Of a stretch of 64,000 bases of DNA, positions 18,809 to 28,926 are shown piece after piece; position 1 is the first letter of the stretch, and each line of letters begins with the position of its first letter. A program made the position numbers and the translations under genes. The stretch is from a virus (taxonomy: Duplodnaviria; Caudoviricetes), in IMG/VR virus record IMGVR_UViG_3300028805_000037, positions 192,001 to 256,000 of that record, one strand, 5' to 3'. Below the pieces are notes generated by a model. It saw only the letters and a list, made by a program, of their open reading frames with translations. It was not told the origin of the DNA and searched no databases.

Positions 18809-20016
18809 TGAAATACATTAAAGAATTACAATTAACTAATTTTGAATCTTGGTTAAATAATAATATTCAATTTAATAAAGGATTGAATATTATTATAGGT
18901 AATTCTGATAGTGGTAAAAGTGCCTCATTTAGAGCAATAGATGCAGTTTTAAATGGAAAATTTAAAGATTCTTCAATAACATTTGGTAAAAAGAAGTCAG
19001 AAGTTAAAATAATATTTGAAGATAATCATTTTGCAACAAGAATTAGAAGTAAAAAAGAAAATATTATACAATATGATGATTTACTTTTTGAAAGAGTAGG
19101 AAAAGAAATACCAAATGAATATTTTGAAGCATTAGGTAAAACAAAGTTAGAGTTAAATGATGATAAAAGTATAGATTTATGTTTATATTCACAATTTGCT
19201 AATCATTTTTTTATAACATCATCTGATATTGAAAAAAGTAAAATTATTGGCAGCGCTTGTGGTATAAATATAGTTGATAAAATTGTAGATAATGTTAATA
19301 ATGACATTAGACATAATAATTCAGAATTAAAACATCTTAAGTCTACTGTTGACGAACAGCAGCTTAAGTTAAATCAATTGCAATTGGATGTCGACATAAA
19401 ACGTAGGAAATTAGAACAGTTAACAGTTCTAATAGGTAGGGTCAATACTAATTATAATAAATTAGTTAAAATTGATCACCTTTTTCAAAATATTAAAAAT
19501 AAATTAACTCAAATTTCTAATTTAAAAAATCAAATTTCTAAAAATCAAATTCAAATTTCTAAAATTCAAAATTCTAAATTAAAATTTCAAAAATTAAACT
19601 CATTATATCAAATTTTTCTTTATCAAGTTAAAATTAATACAATTAAAACTTTAATTTCTGAAAATCAAATTAAAATTTCTAAATTTCAAAACTTTAAATT
19701 AAAATTTCAAACTTTAAATACTTTAATTAAAATTTTTAAAAATCAAATTCAAATTTCTAATTTAAAAAATCAAAATTCTAAATTTCAAACTTTAATTTCT
19801 AAAATTCAAAATTCTAAATTAAAATTTCAAAAATTAAATTTATTAAATGAAAAAGCACAAGTAATTAAAAATTCTCTGCTTAATATTAATAGTATTAAGC
19901 AGAGAATAAATGATGTAAATAATAAATTAGCAATAAAATTAGAACAAAAAAATAATTTTCATAAAGAAACTGGAATTTGTCCACTTTGTGGAAGTGTTAT
20001 AGGAGAACATAAATGA
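18808..20016 (+). CDS. SbcC/Rad50-like ATPase, N-terminal half
   Basis: LTNFES, GNSDSGKS Walker A, coiled coil, C-terminal CPLCG hook. Confidence 0.88.
   Translation: MKYIKELQLTNFESWLNNNIQFNKGLNIIIGNSDSGKSASFRAIDAVLNGKFKDSSITFGKKKSEVKIIFEDNHFATRIRSKKENIIQYDDLLFERVGKEIPNEYFEALGKTKLELNDDKSIDLCLYSQFANHFFITSSDIEKSKIIGSACGINIVDKIVDNVNNDIRHNNSELKHLKSTVDEQQLKLNQLQLDVDIKRRKLEQLTVLIGRVNTNYNKLVKIDHLFQNIKNKLTQISNLKNQISKNQIQISKIQNSKLKFQKLNSLYQIFLYQVKINTIKTLISENQIKISKFQNFKLKFQTLNTLIKIFKNQIQISNLKNQNSKFQTLISKIQNSKLKFQKLNLLNEKAQVIKNSLLNINSIKQRINDVNNKLAIKLEQKNNFHKETGICPLCGSVIGEHK
19495..19850 (+). repeat. ~120 bp-period imperfect tandem repeats, nearly G-free
   Basis: 42 bp TTCTAAAATTCAAAATTCTAAATTAAAATTTCAAAAATTAAA at 19557 and 19797, related copy near 19677. 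Confidence 0.85.
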
Positions 20017-20930
20017 AATTATTAATAGTTGGCGATTTACATTTAAGATATACTGCTCCTATAAATAGAAAAGAAACTTTTTATAATGAATTATTAAATA
20101 AATTAGAAGAAATTAAACAAATACAATTACAGAATAATATTGAAGATGAAAATGTTATATGTTTAGGTGATGTTTTTGATGATTTTATTGTAGATTACGC
20201 TGAAAAAATAATTTATGATGTAGCAAATTATATTAAAGGTTGGACATTTCTTATTGGAAATCATGATTGCAAAGAAAAAAACGGAGATGTAAGAGGTACA
20301 ACTTTTGGTATGTTAGTTCAATTAGGTATAATTAAAATTATTAAAAGAAGAATCATTAATTATAAATATTTATTAGATTTTTATCATTATTATAATAGAC
20401 AAAATATTTATAATACAGATTTAAAAGAATATAATGATAAGTTAAAAATTGCATTTATTCATGATTATATTGTACCTAATAAAATAGCTAATAAATATCA
20501 TGCTAAAGATGTAGTAACTTGTGAAAATATGAAATCAAAATATGATTATATATTTTGTGGACATTTTCATTATTCTTATGATTTTAGTTGTAATGGAACC
20601 AGATTTATTAATCCAGGTTCGTTATTAAGAAAAACAATAGCAGATGATGATATGAAACGTAAAGTAAAAGTTTGTATTTTTGATTCAGATAAAATAGATA
20701 ATGATCCAATTCAATATATTTATTTAAAATCTTGTAAAGATTATAAAGATGTATTTAATATTAATAATGATGATATAATTAAAAAAGATTTTGATTCACA
20801 ATTTATACAAAAATTACAAAATGTAAAACTTTATGGTAATACATTTGATGATGTGATAAATCTTTTAAAAGATAATAAGGTTGATAATGATGTAATTGAG
20901 TATGTTGATACAATGAAACAAAATATATAA
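20013..20930 (+). CDS. SbcD/Mre11-like nuclease
   Basis: GDLH, LGDVFD, GNHD, GHFH, NPGSLLR. Confidence 0.9.
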   Translation: MKLLIVGDLHLRYTAPINRKETFYNELLNKLEEIKQIQLQNNIEDENVICLGDVFDDFIVDYAEKIIYDVANYIKGWTFLIGNHDCKEKNGDVRGTTFGMLVQLGIIKIIKRRIINYKYLLDFYHYYNRQNIYNTDLKEYNDKLKIAFIHDYIVPNKIANKYHAKDVVTCENMKSKYDYIFCGHFHYSYDFSCNGTRFINPGSLLRKTIADDDMKRKVKVCIFDSDKIDNDPIQYIYLKSCKDYKDVFNINNDDIIKKDFDSQFIQKLQNVKLYGNTFDDVINLLKDNKVDNDVIEYVDTMKQNI

Positions 20931-20940
20931 GGAGAAGAAA

Positions 20941-21198
20941 ATGGATATAAATAAAGTAAATGAGGTTTTAAATAAGTATAAAATTATTGAAAATGAAGTA
21001 AATAATCTTGAACAGCGGCAACAACAATTAAATAATGAATTAATTAAAGAACAAACATTACTTCAACAAAATCTTGATGAATTAAAACAATATGATATTT
21101 TACCACAAAATGTAGAAAAAGAAATAGAAAATATAACAATAGAATTAGAAAAGGATATAAAAGAGTATGAACAACTCTCTGGAACAACTTCAATATAA
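20941..21198 (+). CDS. coiled-coil protein (possible SbcCD accessory)
   Basis: heptad-rich 85 aa ORF within the sbc cluster. Confidence 0.65.
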   Translation: MDINKVNEVLNKYKIIENEVNNLEQRQQQLNNELIKEQTLLQQNLDELKQYDILPQNVEKEIENITIELEKDIKEYEQLSGTTSI

Positions 21199-21832
21199 AA
21201 TTCAAAATATTAATAATAATTATAAAATTTTTGAACAAGATTATTATAAAATTAAAGGTGAATTTGAGCAATTAAATTCAATTTTAAATAGTAATATTAA
21301 TAAAATAGATATATGTAATAAAAATAATGAATTATATTTAAAAACAAAAAAGATTATTAATGACATTATATTAAGTATAAGAGATAATGCATTAAAATTT
21401 ATTGAAGATGTAATTACTAGTGCATTACAAGAAATATTTATTGATAAAAAATTAGAATTAAAATTAATTTTAAATAATGAAAATGTAAAGACTTCTGTAT
21501 CTGTTTATATTAAAGAAAATGATAATCTTTTTGATATTGAAAGTTCTAGAGGTGGTGGATTAAGAGATATAGTTAGTTTTGGTTTTTTAATATGTTTAAG
21601 AAAATTATGTAATATACAACTTCCTTTAATTTGTGATGAAAGTTTTAAGTTCATTAACAGCGTAGATTCAAATGAATATAATAAAAATGCTTTTAGATTT
21701 GTAAAAAATATTTGTAATAAATTAAATGAGCAAATTATATTCATTACTGGTAAAATTAATAAAGATGCTATAGCAAATGCAGATAAAGTTATATATGTAG
21801 AACAAAAAGATGGAAAATCATATGTGAGGTAA
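21167..21832 (+). CDS. SbcC/Rad50-like ATPase, C-terminal half
   Basis: coiled coil, signature SRGGG, Walker B LICDES, QIIFIT. Confidence 0.85.
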   Translation: MNNSLEQLQYKIQNINNNYKIFEQDYYKIKGEFEQLNSILNSNINKIDICNKNNELYLKTKKIINDIILSIRDNALKFIEDVITSALQEIFIDKKLELKLILNNENVKTSVSVYIKENDNLFDIESSRGGGLRDIVSFGFLICLRKLCNIQLPLICDESFKFINSVDSNEYNKNAFRFVKNICNKLNEQIIFITGKINKDAIANADKVIYVEQKDGKSYVR

Positions 21833-21837
21833 TAAAT

Positions 21838-22077
21838 ATGTTTGTTCAATTTCATAATGAAGTAGGACCATTTACGATAAATAAAGATGAAATAGTTATG
21901 GCAGCACCAAATTTGAATTTAAATGAAAATTTTAGTAAAACGACATTTAATTCTAGTTTTGATTATTCTGAATTAAAAACTTATTTAACATTAAAAAATG
22001 GTATGGTAATTATGATTAAAGAAGAATATAGTTATGTTGATTCTTTATTAAGACCAGAGGTAAAAAATGAAGGATAA
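21838..22077 (+). CDS. hypothetical protein
   Basis: GAGG RBS. Confidence 0.65.
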   Translation: MFVQFHNEVGPFTINKDEIVMAAPNLNLNENFSKTTFNSSFDYSELKTYLTLKNGMVIMIKEEYSYVDSLLRPEVKNEG

Positions 22078-22411
22078 ACCAAGAAGATTAACTAAAGAAC
22101 AATTTATAGAAAGAGTTAAAGATTTATATATTAAATTTAATTCTTATTTATATGATGAAAATAATGTTAAAATACCATTTGAAGTGTATTATAATGATGC
22201 ATTAAAAGAATATCAAAAACAAAATAATATGTCAGATGATGAATTAAGACAATATAGAAATATACAATTTGAAGAATTAGTTAATGATGTAAATCAATTA
22301 ACTACAGATAAAGAACGTGAAAAATATAAAAAAGAAGAATTACAAACATTAACTGAAGAAGATTTGATAAGGTATCAATATGAAAAAAGTAAAAAAGAAA
22401 AAAGTCAATAA
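22067..22411 (+). CDS. hypothetical protein
   Basis: GAGG RBS, overlapping neighbours. Confidence 0.65.
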   Translation: MKDKPRRLTKEQFIERVKDLYIKFNSYLYDENNVKIPFEVYYNDALKEYQKQNNMSDDELRQYRNIQFEELVNDVNQLTTDKEREKYKKEELQTLTEEDLIRYQYEKSKKEKSQ

Positions 22412-22838
22412 AGCAAAATTAATAAAAAAAATAAAAAAACAAAATTTTGAATTATGGTCAAAATGTGTAAGATTAAGAGATAAAAGATGCATAGTTTGTG
22501 GTAGTACTGAAAATTTGCAAGCACATCATTGTTTTGTTAGAGCGGCGGCTAGTTTAAGAACAAGGTTTATGACAATTAATGGTATTTGTGTATGTTTTCG
22601 TTGCCATTTAATTCAAATTCATAAAAATGGTGATAAAAGATTTTTTGAAAAATATATTAAAATATTAGATGAAAAAATACCAAAAGAAAAACAACAAGAA
22701 ATATATAAAATAGCTGAAAATAAAGAGCCAATAACTTTAGAAGATTTACAGATAATAAATGAAAATTTAAAAAAAGAATTGCAAAATTTACAGCAATCTC
22801 AAGAAAAACAAGAAATATTACCTAAAATAATCACATAA
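22380..22838 (+). CDS. NinG/HNH-like endonuclease
   Basis: VRLRDKRCIVCG, QAHH, NGICVCFRCH. Confidence 0.8.
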   Translation: MKKVKKKKVNKAKLIKKIKKQNFELWSKCVRLRDKRCIVCGSTENLQAHHCFVRAAASLRTRFMTINGICVCFRCHLIQIHKNGDKRFFEKYIKILDEKIPKEKQQEIYKIAENKEPITLEDLQIINENLKKELQNLQQSQEKQEILPKIIT

Positions 22839-22860
22839 TTTTATATAATATATTATAAAA
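22837..22860 (+). promoter_or_regulatory. phage promoter class B
   Basis: motif before dnaB. Confidence 0.7.
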
Positions 22861-22882
22861 AAATATTGGAAGGGATATATAA

Positions 22883-24256
22883 TTGGCATTTCAATTTAGT
22901 TCTATTTCACTTGAAATTGAGTTATTAAATCATTTAGTAAAAAGTGAAGATAATTTAGAAAAAGCTTTAATTAAGATTAGTAATGATGATTTTACAACTG
23001 ATATAACTAAAGTTTTATTTTATGAAATAACTCAGTTTTATAAACAATATAATAAAATTATATCTAGATTAGAATTACAACAAAAAGTAATTGATACTTA
23101 TCAAAATAAAGATATAATTTTACAATATATTGTACAAATTTATGATATTAATAATAATACAAATTTTGATAATATTGTAGAAAGTATAAAACAAAAAACA
23201 AAGGCAAGAAAAGTAGCAAGATTAATAGAAGTATTAGCAAATGCAGTAACATCTGGCGATATATCAAAGACTGATGTAATTATTAATGATTTTATGAATA
23301 ATTACGATGAATCAAATGAATTTTCAAAAACGCCAATGTTACAAAAAACAAATGATTTTTTACAAAAAATTATTGATGAAAGAAATAATCCAACAAAATT
23401 TGATGGCATTGAAACTGGTATACAAGAAGTAGATAAAGTTATAAGAGGTTTAAAAAAATCAGAGTTAGCTTTAGTTCTTGGTAAAACAGGTGGTTATAAA
23501 ACAACTACATTAATAAATTTAGCTTGTAATGCTTTATTAATGGGTAAAAAAGTAGCATTTTTTATAATTGAATCTCCAGTTGAACAATATACATATAATA
23601 TTCAATCATATTTTTCAAATATACCAGCAGAAAAGTTACAAAAAGCAACATCAACAGATCAAGAAATTATACAAGTTTATCAAATAATGAATAAAGTTAA
23701 ACAACTTGGTGGTGAAATAATATTTATAGATTGTCCTCAGGATTTAACACCAACTAAATTTCAAATTGAAATTAAAAAAGCAAAAAGAAAATATGGTAAT
23801 ATTGATTTAGTTATATTAGATTATATGCAAATTATGAATGACGAAAGTGGAAACAAAACAGATCCGTACGATTGGAAAAGATTAGCAACAATAAGTAAAC
23901 AATTAAAAGCAATAGCAAGGGCAGAACAGGTTCCAATATGGACAGCGGCACAAAAAGTAAAAAATAGAGTAAATCCAAATTCTAAAAAAGGAAATGAAGA
24001 AACACATGGAGTAGAAGATATAGCTTTTTCAAAATCAATTTCTGATAATTGTGATCTTGTATTAGAAATATATCAGTCTGATCAAGATAAATTAATGAAT
24101 ATTATAGAATTATATTTTTTAAAAGCAAGAAGAAGTAATGTTAAAACTGGTTATGGAGTAAAATTGCAATCTAATATTAATTATCAACAAATTGATGTAT
24201 TAGGAACAAAAATATTAAAAGAAAAATATTTAAATGGACAACAAACAAATAATTAA
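22883..24256 (+). CDS. dnaB: DnaB-like replicative helicase
   Basis: GIETG, GKTGGYKTT, ILDYMQIM, ISKQLKAIA, WTAAQ, KAR. Confidence 0.92.
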   Translation: MAFQFSSISLEIELLNHLVKSEDNLEKALIKISNDDFTTDITKVLFYEITQFYKQYNKIISRLELQQKVIDTYQNKDIILQYIVQIYDINNNTNFDNIVESIKQKTKARKVARLIEVLANAVTSGDISKTDVIINDFMNNYDESNEFSKTPMLQKTNDFLQKIIDERNNPTKFDGIETGIQEVDKVIRGLKKSELALVLGKTGGYKTTTLINLACNALLMGKKVAFFIIESPVEQYTYNIQSYFSNIPAEKLQKATSTDQEIIQVYQIMNKVKQLGGEIIFIDCPQDLTPTKFQIEIKKAKRKYGNIDLVILDYMQIMNDESGNKTDPYDWKRLATISKQLKAIARAEQVPIWTAAQKVKNRVNPNSKKGNEETHGVEDIAFSKSISDNCDLVLEIYQSDQDKLMNIIELYFLKARRSNVKTGYGVKLQSNINYQQIDVLGTKILKEKYLNGQQTNN

Positions 24257-25175
24257 TTCATATTTTAATTATGAAAAAATGTTAATAATACTTGAAAATT
24301 ATGGTATAAAAAACATAAAAAAGTCAGGCAATTATTTTATGTGTTCATGTCCTTGGCATAAGGATGATAAACCATCATTTTCAATATCATTTTTAAATGG
24401 TAGTTATAGATGTTTTTCTTGTGGAGATTTTGGAGATTTTTTTAAATTTAAGTCAAAGATAGAAGGAATAACTTATGATGAAGCAAAAAAGAATATCTTA
24501 AATAATTTTAAACATATATATTATCAAAATGTAATAATGACATCATTAAATAAATTAAAATATGAAGATAAACCTAAACAAAATATAACTGAAGTATTAA
24601 ATGTTAAAAAGTTAAATAAATTTAATAATTATGAAGTTATATTAAAATATATTAATATTAGTAAAGAAGTTGCAAATAAATTTAATTTAGGTTTATGTTT
24701 AGAAAAAAGATATTTAGGTCGATTAGCAATTCCTTTATATAATGATAAACAAACTTTTTGGGAACTACGTGATTTGACTAAAACTAGTGATAAAAAAGTT
24801 TTATATACAAAAGGAACACATGTTGGTGATATACTTTATTATAATAAAGTTGATGAGAATAATGATTCAGTGTTTTTATGTGAAGGAACAAAAGATGTAC
24901 TTACAATGAATAGTTATGGTTTTAATGCAATGTGTTGCTTTGGTATAAATATAAGTATGAAGCAAATAGAATTAATGTTAAATAAAGGAATAAAATTTGT
25001 ATATTTACTTTATGACAATGATACTGCCGGTCAAGATGCGACAAAAAGAAATTACCCTATATTAAAAAAATATATAGATTGTCAAAAAATAATATGGAAT
25101 AATACATTCCCTAAAGATCCAAATGAATGTAGTAAACAACAAATTTTACAATTATTAAAGAATAATTTAAATTAA
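24234..25175 (+). CDS. dnaG: DnaG-type primase
   Basis: CHC2 finger CPWHKDDKPS...CFSC, Toprim CEGTKD and YDNDTAG, KDPNE. Confidence 0.92.
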   Translation: MDNKQIINSYFNYEKMLIILENYGIKNIKKSGNYFMCSCPWHKDDKPSFSISFLNGSYRCFSCGDFGDFFKFKSKIEGITYDEAKKNILNNFKHIYYQNVIMTSLNKLKYEDKPKQNITEVLNVKKLNKFNNYEVILKYINISKEVANKFNLGLCLEKRYLGRLAIPLYNDKQTFWELRDLTKTSDKKVLYTKGTHVGDILYYNKVDENNDSVFLCEGTKDVLTMNSYGFNAMCCFGINISMKQIELMLNKGIKFVYLLYDNDTAGQDATKRNYPILKKYIDCQKIIWNNTFPKDPNECSKQQILQLLKNNLN

Positions 25176-25178
25176 AAA

Positions 25179-26513
25179 ATGTTAATAGATATTAATAAAG
25201 ACATCACTTCTTTTAAAAAAGGTATAGATGAAGCAATTAAGAATTTTAAGATTTGCTTTCAGAATGATTCTAATGTCATAATTTTTAATGAAAGTAAAAA
25301 TTATATAAATAATATTGATTTACTTTTAAAACATCAAAATACGTCAAATAGGATATATAATTTAGGTTATAATTTAATAGTTGATAGTGTAGATAATATA
25401 AGAAAACAAATATGTATAAAGCCAATATTATATTTACTTTTTATAGAACAAATATTTAAAGAAATAAATTATAAAATTCTTAAAAATTATCAAAAAATAA
25501 TTACAGATTTTTTACATTTTATAATTCAATATAGTAATAAAAGTAATTTGAGCAAAGTTAGAATAACTGAACAAGATTTGTTATCATATTTTAATTATAA
25601 TAATGAATTTTATAATGATATAATTAAGATAAGTTATAAAATTAATAATATTGAAATTAATGAAAATAAATTTAATTTAATAGAAAAAGATGAAAGTTAT
25701 ACAATTAAAGCAACTTGGTATGCAGCACAAAAATATTATCAAAATGTAGAATGTATGATATGGTATTCTAATTTAACAGTAGATGATTTAAAACAATTAA
25801 CAAATTTTGCACTTGAGATGAATAAAAAAATTGTTTTATTTTTTACATATTGTGATGAAAAAGTATCACATTATATAGATGAAACAAAAATTCTTGGTAG
25901 AATAATTTATGTTAAAATATTTGATATGTTTTATGATAAATTAAGAGATATTAAATATATAACAAGAAGTGATGACTTCTTTTATGATAAAAATTTTAAA
26001 ACATTTTTATCATACAGGTTTGGTAAAATTAAAGATATAGAATATAAAGAAGGTTTTGTTAAAATTATTGGTAAAGCGAAATATGAAGATTTTAAATACC
26101 ATATTAACTATCTTAATAATATTGTTAATTTAAAAAGATTAAATATGGTAAAAGGCAATTCATATATAATTAATTGTGAAGATAAAGATCTTGAAAATGT
26201 AAGAAATATTGTAAGTTTTTGCAAATCATCAGTGTTATATGGAATATTTTTTGGTATAACAAAAACGCTAAATATATTGAATTACCAATATAAAAATCAA
26301 CAAATTATAAATAATTTATATATTAAACTATTAAAATTTTATAATACAAAAATACTATATTTACAAAATATTAAAAATAATATAAAATATTCTTATAATT
26401 TTTCATTAAATGATTTTACAAATGATTTTGTTCCAATACAATTATATGTAGAAACATTTAAGATGCTTATTAGTAATATTGTAAATGTAATAAAGATTTT
26501 AGATAAGAAGTAA
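25179..26513 (+). CDS. highly diverged GroEL/chaperonin-fold protein (putative, lacks GDGTTT)
   Basis: colinear weak matches to GroEL segments (see findings). Confidence 0.5.
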   Translation: [444 protein letters not shown]

Positions 26514-26546
26514 TAATATAAAGTAAATTTTTAAAGGAGAAGAAGA

Positions 26547-27392
26547 ATGATGAATTTACAAAGTAGTATTAAAATTTTAAGGTCAGATTCACAAAATCAG
26601 TTAGCCTGGAATTATTTAATGAAAAGAATGAATGGACAAATTGTTTATCAAATTTCACATCATTTAAAAGCTTTAAATATGGAAAAAGAAGATTTAAAGC
26701 AAGAAATTGGTATATTTTTACTTGATAGAATTATTCCTCGTCCATCACTTCGTAATAGAAATAATAATGGTATAAGAAAAGAAATTGATATAACGAAATC
26801 TGAAGGCCAAATTTATAATTGTTTATGTTTTGAAATAAATAATTTTGTATTAAGAAAAATCAATAAAAATATAACAAATAAAGATACAAAAATTTCATTT
26901 AAAGATGATAATGGTAAATTTTATAAAGATTTAAATAATAAGAAAATTACATTGTATTTAAAATGGGATAAAGAGAAAAAGCAATTTTATTTTATAGATA
27001 AAAAAAGATATATTTATTTAGATTTGAATATAAAAAGAGATAATGTAATTAATAAAAATCCATTAAGTACGAATTATTTTGAATTAACTGATAAACATGA
27101 AGATCACTGTGATGAAAATAAATATGATAAATTTTTATATGATAATAGATTATATACAGATAATAAAAATCATGATAGTTATAAAGAAATAGAATTTGAA
27201 ATTGATAATACATTTAAAGATAGTGATGAAGCTCAAAAAATATTAAATTATATTTTAGAGCATGATTATAAACAAGGTCGAAATTTTGTAAGAAGTCAAG
27301 AAGCCAACAAAATTTGTAATAAAAAAATAAAACCTATTTTACAACAAATTTATGGCTTGGGAACAAATAAAAGATCTTACAGAAAGAAATAA
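26547..27392 (+). CDS. putative phage sigma-like factor
   Basis: region-2-like MEKEDLKQEIGIFLL...EINNFVL. Confidence 0.5.
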   Translation: MMNLQSSIKILRSDSQNQLAWNYLMKRMNGQIVYQISHHLKALNMEKEDLKQEIGIFLLDRIIPRPSLRNRNNNGIRKEIDITKSEGQIYNCLCFEINNFVLRKINKNITNKDTKISFKDDNGKFYKDLNNKKITLYLKWDKEKKQFYFIDKKRYIYLDLNIKRDNVINKNPLSTNYFELTDKHEDHCDENKYDKFLYDNRLYTDNKNHDSYKEIEFEIDNTFKDSDEAQKILNYILEHDYKQGRNFVRSQEANKICNKKIKPILQQIYGLGTNKRSYRKK

Positions 27393-28089
27393 AAATCAGA
27401 AAAAAGTTTATATTAATTTAGATAATGTAGACATTTTATTTAATAAGAATAAGAACGAAATTTTATGTCATGATAAGATTTTTAATTTGTGTCAAAAATA
27501 TGTGACACAATATATGAAATTTACATCAAATTTTGAATTAAAAAAAGAATTAGCAACAAGCGCTTTATGTAAATTATATATACATTTTAAAAGAACACTT
27601 TTAAAAATGCAAGCAGCTAACCCTGATAAAAAACCAGAATTAGTTTTTTATTTAAGTCAATTTTATTATTATGTTCATTTAACAGCTAGAAATGAAATAT
27701 ATATGCATAATAATAGACTCAAAAAATCACCACAATTTATTGAATTTAGACAGGATGTTGATTATACACAACCAATAGAAAAATATATTAATAGTCTTGA
27801 AGATATTGATGGTTATATACAAGTAAATGAAAAGATAGTTTTAACATCTAATGATTATAATAGAGATAATAGAAAAATAGAAGATAATAGTAGTTATGAA
27901 AGTAAATTTGATTTTGATAGAATACTTGTTAAAATTAAAAATTATTTTACAGATGATGAAATAAATGTTATTAAAGACATTTATAATGGTAATGAAAATA
28001 AAATTAATAGTTCAATATTAATTTCGATACAAAATAAAATAGCTAATAATGATGAATTAAAAACTATTTTAATGGATTTTATTCAATAG
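27352..28089 (+). CDS. putative second sigma-like factor
   Basis: ELATSALCKLY, FYYYVHLTARNEI (region 2.3/2.4-like), FTDDEINVIKDIYNG (region 4-like). Confidence 0.45.
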   Translation: MAWEQIKDLTERNKNQKKVYINLDNVDILFNKNKNEILCHDKIFNLCQKYVTQYMKFTSNFELKKELATSALCKLYIHFKRTLLKMQAANPDKKPELVFYLSQFYYYVHLTARNEIYMHNNRLKKSPQFIEFRQDVDYTQPIEKYINSLEDIDGYIQVNEKIVLTSNDYNRDNRKIEDNSSYESKFDFDRILVKIKNYFTDDEINVIKDIYNGNENKINSSILISIQNKIANNDELKTILMDFIQ

Positions 28090-28098
28090 GAGTAATTA

Positions 28099-28926
28099 AT
28101 GGCTAAAAAGTATCAAAGAATTTTAAATATGCAAAATGGAATAACTTCAACAAAGTTATTTAATTCTCCATATTGGACTGATGTTGTAGATATGGTAAAA
28201 AATGCAGCAAATCCATATTCAGTATATAGATATTTGAATGAAGATAAAAAATTTAAAGTATCTTATCCTACAGTTTTAACAGCTTGTCAATATATTAGAT
28301 TAAATGGTGATAAAGCATTAGCACTTTTTAAAGAATCTGAAAAAGCTGTATTAAAAGAAAATGAAGAAATAAAAAAGATAGCACCTTCATTAACAAATAT
28401 GTTTACAAGAAGAACAAATTTGATAACTGAAATTTTAAAACGTAAAATGGAATTATTAAATTTACAAAAAGAAGGTGATAGAGTATTAGATTTAATAAAA
28501 ATGTTAGATATTTATAATAATGAAATAATTAAAAATCTTAAACCTAATATAACTAGTCAAGAATTAACTGATTTTAGTAAAAAATATACAAAAATAATGG
28601 ATTATATAAAAGGTAATTTTACAAGTTATAAAATTGATACGAATGTTGAAGGTTTAATAAGAAATTACATTAAAGATTTACATGATATTTATAAATATGT
28701 TGAAGAATTTACTGGTAAGTATGATATAATGAATGTAATTGATAATTTATCTTTAGATATAACACGTTCAGCTGTAGAAACATTTGGTAAATTTATTAGG
28801 CAAGAAACTCCAGAAGTTAGAAGTGAAATTCTTAATAAGTTTAAACAATCTATTAAGAGTATAGTAAATGATATAAAATTAAATAAATTAGATATTAAAG
28901 AAGACGAAGTGGTTTATAATGAATAA
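28099..28926 (+). CDS. putative terminase small subunit / HTH protein
   Basis: N-terminal HTH-like segment, helical, overlaps the large terminase gene. Confidence 0.5.
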   Translation: MAKKYQRILNMQNGITSTKLFNSPYWTDVVDMVKNAANPYSVYRYLNEDKKFKVSYPTVLTACQYIRLNGDKALALFKESEKAVLKENEEIKKIAPSLTNMFTRRTNLITEILKRKMELLNLQKEGDRVLDLIKMLDIYNNEIIKNLKPNITSQELTDFSKKYTKIMDYIKGNFTSYKIDTNVEGLIRNYIKDLHDIYKYVEEFTGKYDIMNVIDNLSLDITRSAVETFGKFIRQETPEVRSEILNKFKQSIKSIVNDIKLNKLDIKEDEVVYNE

